64,000 bases of DNA. Origin: Eledone cirrhosa (lineage: Eukaryota). The stretch is taken from NCBI GenBank assembly GCA_964016885.1, contig OZ024744.1, forward strand, positions 4,154,001 through 4,218,000. The letters run 5' to 3'. This document shows, one piece after another, positions 62,371 through 64,000 of the stretch. The notes under the pieces are model-generated. The model did no database searches. It was given only the letters and a program-made list of their open reading frames with translations, and was not told the DNA's origin. The position numbers were made by a program, and so were the translations under genes. The stretch's first letter is position 1. The number at the start of each line of letters is the position of its first letter.

Positions 62371-64000
62371 AGCTTGGTGAATAACGAAGTTTTGGGGGAA
62401 GACAAGGTAGAGAAAGATAGCTTGATGAAGAACGGAGTTTTGAGGGAAGACAAGATGGAGAAAGATAGCTTGGTGAAGAACGAAGTTTTGAGGGAAGACA
62501 AGGTAGAGAAAGATAGTTTGGTGAAGAACGGAGTTTTGGAGGAAAAAAAGGTAGAGAAAGATAGCTTGGTGAAGAACGAAGTTTTGAGGGAAGACAAGGT
62601 AGAGAAAGATAGCTTGGTGAATAACGAAGTTTTGGGGGAAGACAAGGTAGAGAAAGATAGCTTGGTGAATAACGAAGTTTTGGGAGAAGACAAGGTCGAG
62701 AAAGATAGCTTGGTGAAGAACGAAATTTTGAGGGAAGACAAGGTAGAGAAAGATAGCTTGGTGAAGAACGACGTTTTGAGGGAAGACAAAATAGAGAAAG
62801 ATAGCTTGGTGAAGAACGACGTTTTGTGGGATGACAAGGTAGAGAAAGATGACTTGGTGAAGAACGAAGTTTTGGGGGAAGACAAGGTAGATAAAGATAG
62901 CTTGGTGAAGAACGAAGTTTTGGGGGAAGACAAGGTAGAGAAAGATAGCTTGGTGAAGAACGACGTTTTGAGGGAAGACAAGGTAGAGAAAGATAGCTTG
63001 GTGAAGAACGAAGTTTTGAGGGAAGACAAGGTAGCGAAAGATAGCTTGGTGAATAACGAAGTTTTGGGGGAAGACAAGGTAGAGAAAGATAGCTTGGTGA
63101 ATAACGAAGTTTTGGGGGAAGACAAGGTAGAGAAAGATAGCTTGGTGAAGAACGACGTTTTGTGGGAAGACAAGGTAGAGAAAGATATCTTGGTGAAGAA
63201 GGAAGTTTTGACGGAAGACAAGGTAGAGAAAGATAGCTTGCGAAGAACGAAGTTTTGGGGGAAGACAAGGTCGAAAAAGATAGCTTGGTGAAGAACGAAG
63301 TTTTGAGGGAAGACAAGGTAGAGAAAGATAGCTTGGTGAAGAACGAAGTTTTGGGGGAAGACAAGGTAGAGAAAGATAGCTTGGTGAAGAACGAAGTTTT
63401 GAGGGAAGACAAGGTAGAGTAAGATAGCTTGGTGAAGAACGACGTTTTGTGGGAAGACAAGGTAGAGAAAGATAGCTTGGTGAAGAACGAAGTTTTGTGG
63501 GAAGACAAGGTAGAGAAAGATAGCTTGGTGAAGAACGAAGTTTTGGGGGAAGACAAGGTAGAGAAAGATAGCTTGGTGAAGAACGAAGTTTTGGGGGAAG
63601 ACGAGGTAGAGAAAGATAGCCTGGTGAACAACGAAGTTTTGGGGGAAGACAAGGTAGAGAAAGATAGCTTGGTGAAGAACGAAGTTTTGGGGGAAGACAA
63701 GGTAGAGAAAGATAGCTTGGTGAAGAACGATGTTTTGGGGGAAGACAAGGTAGAGAAAGATAGCTTGGTGAAGAACGACGTTTTGAGGGAAGACAAGTTA
63801 GAGAAAGATAGCTTGGTGAAGAACGAAGTTTTGACGGAAGACAAGGTAGAGAAAGATAGCTTGGTGAAGAATGACGTTTTGTGGGAAGACAAGGTAGAGA
63901 AAGATAGCTTGGTGAAGAACGAAGTTTTGTATGAAGACAAGCTAGAGAAAGATAGCTTGGTGAAGAACGAAGTTTTAGGGGAAGACAAGGTAGAGAAAGA

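Larger units (their letters stand above)
1..64000 (+). repeat. 48-bp tandem satellite array, ~1335 monomers, single orientation, running off both window ends
   Basis: GCTTGGTGAAGAACGAAGTTTTGNNNGAAGACAAGGTAGAGAAAGATA recurs every 47-49 bp from base 1 to base 64000. Monomers usually differ from consensus by 0-4 substitutions. No intervening unique DNA. Confidence 0.99.

Noticed and set aside
3-63291. Plus-strand ORFs as a gene cluster or one giant intact repeat protein
   Set aside because: They start at repeat-internal TTG/GTG codons, have no unique domains, and are cut by ~90 inherited frameshifts and ~13 stops that are duplicated with the HORs.
36-63988. Long minus-strand ORFs as real Ser/Pro/Leu-rich or membrane proteins
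   Set aside because: They overlap in all three frames, switch peptide at each indel, and are explained by the lack of TTA/CTA/TCA on the + strand.
1-64000. CRISPR array
   Set aside because: Repeats are contiguous with no unique spacers, and there is no leader or cas gene.
1-64000. Canonical G-quadruplex array or hairpin/inverted-repeat structure
   Set aside because: There is only one G-run of 3 or more per 48 bp, with ~43-nt spacing, and it is often mutated. Very few C residues and no inverted monomers; only tiny palindromes (AGCT, GATATC).
1-64000. Diversity-generating retroelement or antigenic-variation cassette system
   Set aside because: No reverse transcriptase, recombinase or expression site is present. 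Variation is not adenine-specific and is inherited in duplicated blocks.

Overview
The whole 64 kb window is one uninterrupted head-to-tail array of a 48-bp monomer, consensus GCTTGGTGAAGAACGAAGTTTTGGGGGAAGACAAGGTAGAGAAAGATA (18 A, 18 G, 9 T, 3 C; 75% purine on +). By hand count it holds about 1335 monomers: about 84 of 47 bp, 6 of 49 bp and the rest 48 bp. This count sums to 64000 with the last monomer missing 2 nt. I found no unique sequence, inversion, mobile element, RNA gene, CRISPR spacer or recognisable gene. All ORFs in the track are translations of the repeat. Diagnostic variants show a nested, irregular higher-order repeat (HOR) structure with duplicated blocks from 96 bp to about 6 kb. 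A central domain (~23.5-51 kb) carries distinct markers, while both flanks share the alternative states. The best reading is a eukaryote-type satellite array (centromeric or subtelomeric; organism unknown). One + frame reads as a plausible acidic peptide repeat (VKNEVLGEDKVEKDSL) with in-frame sub-repeats, so the satellite may derive from a coding repeat; this is inference. I cannot support a novel gene-based system from this sequence. Block boundaries were read by eye and are approximate.
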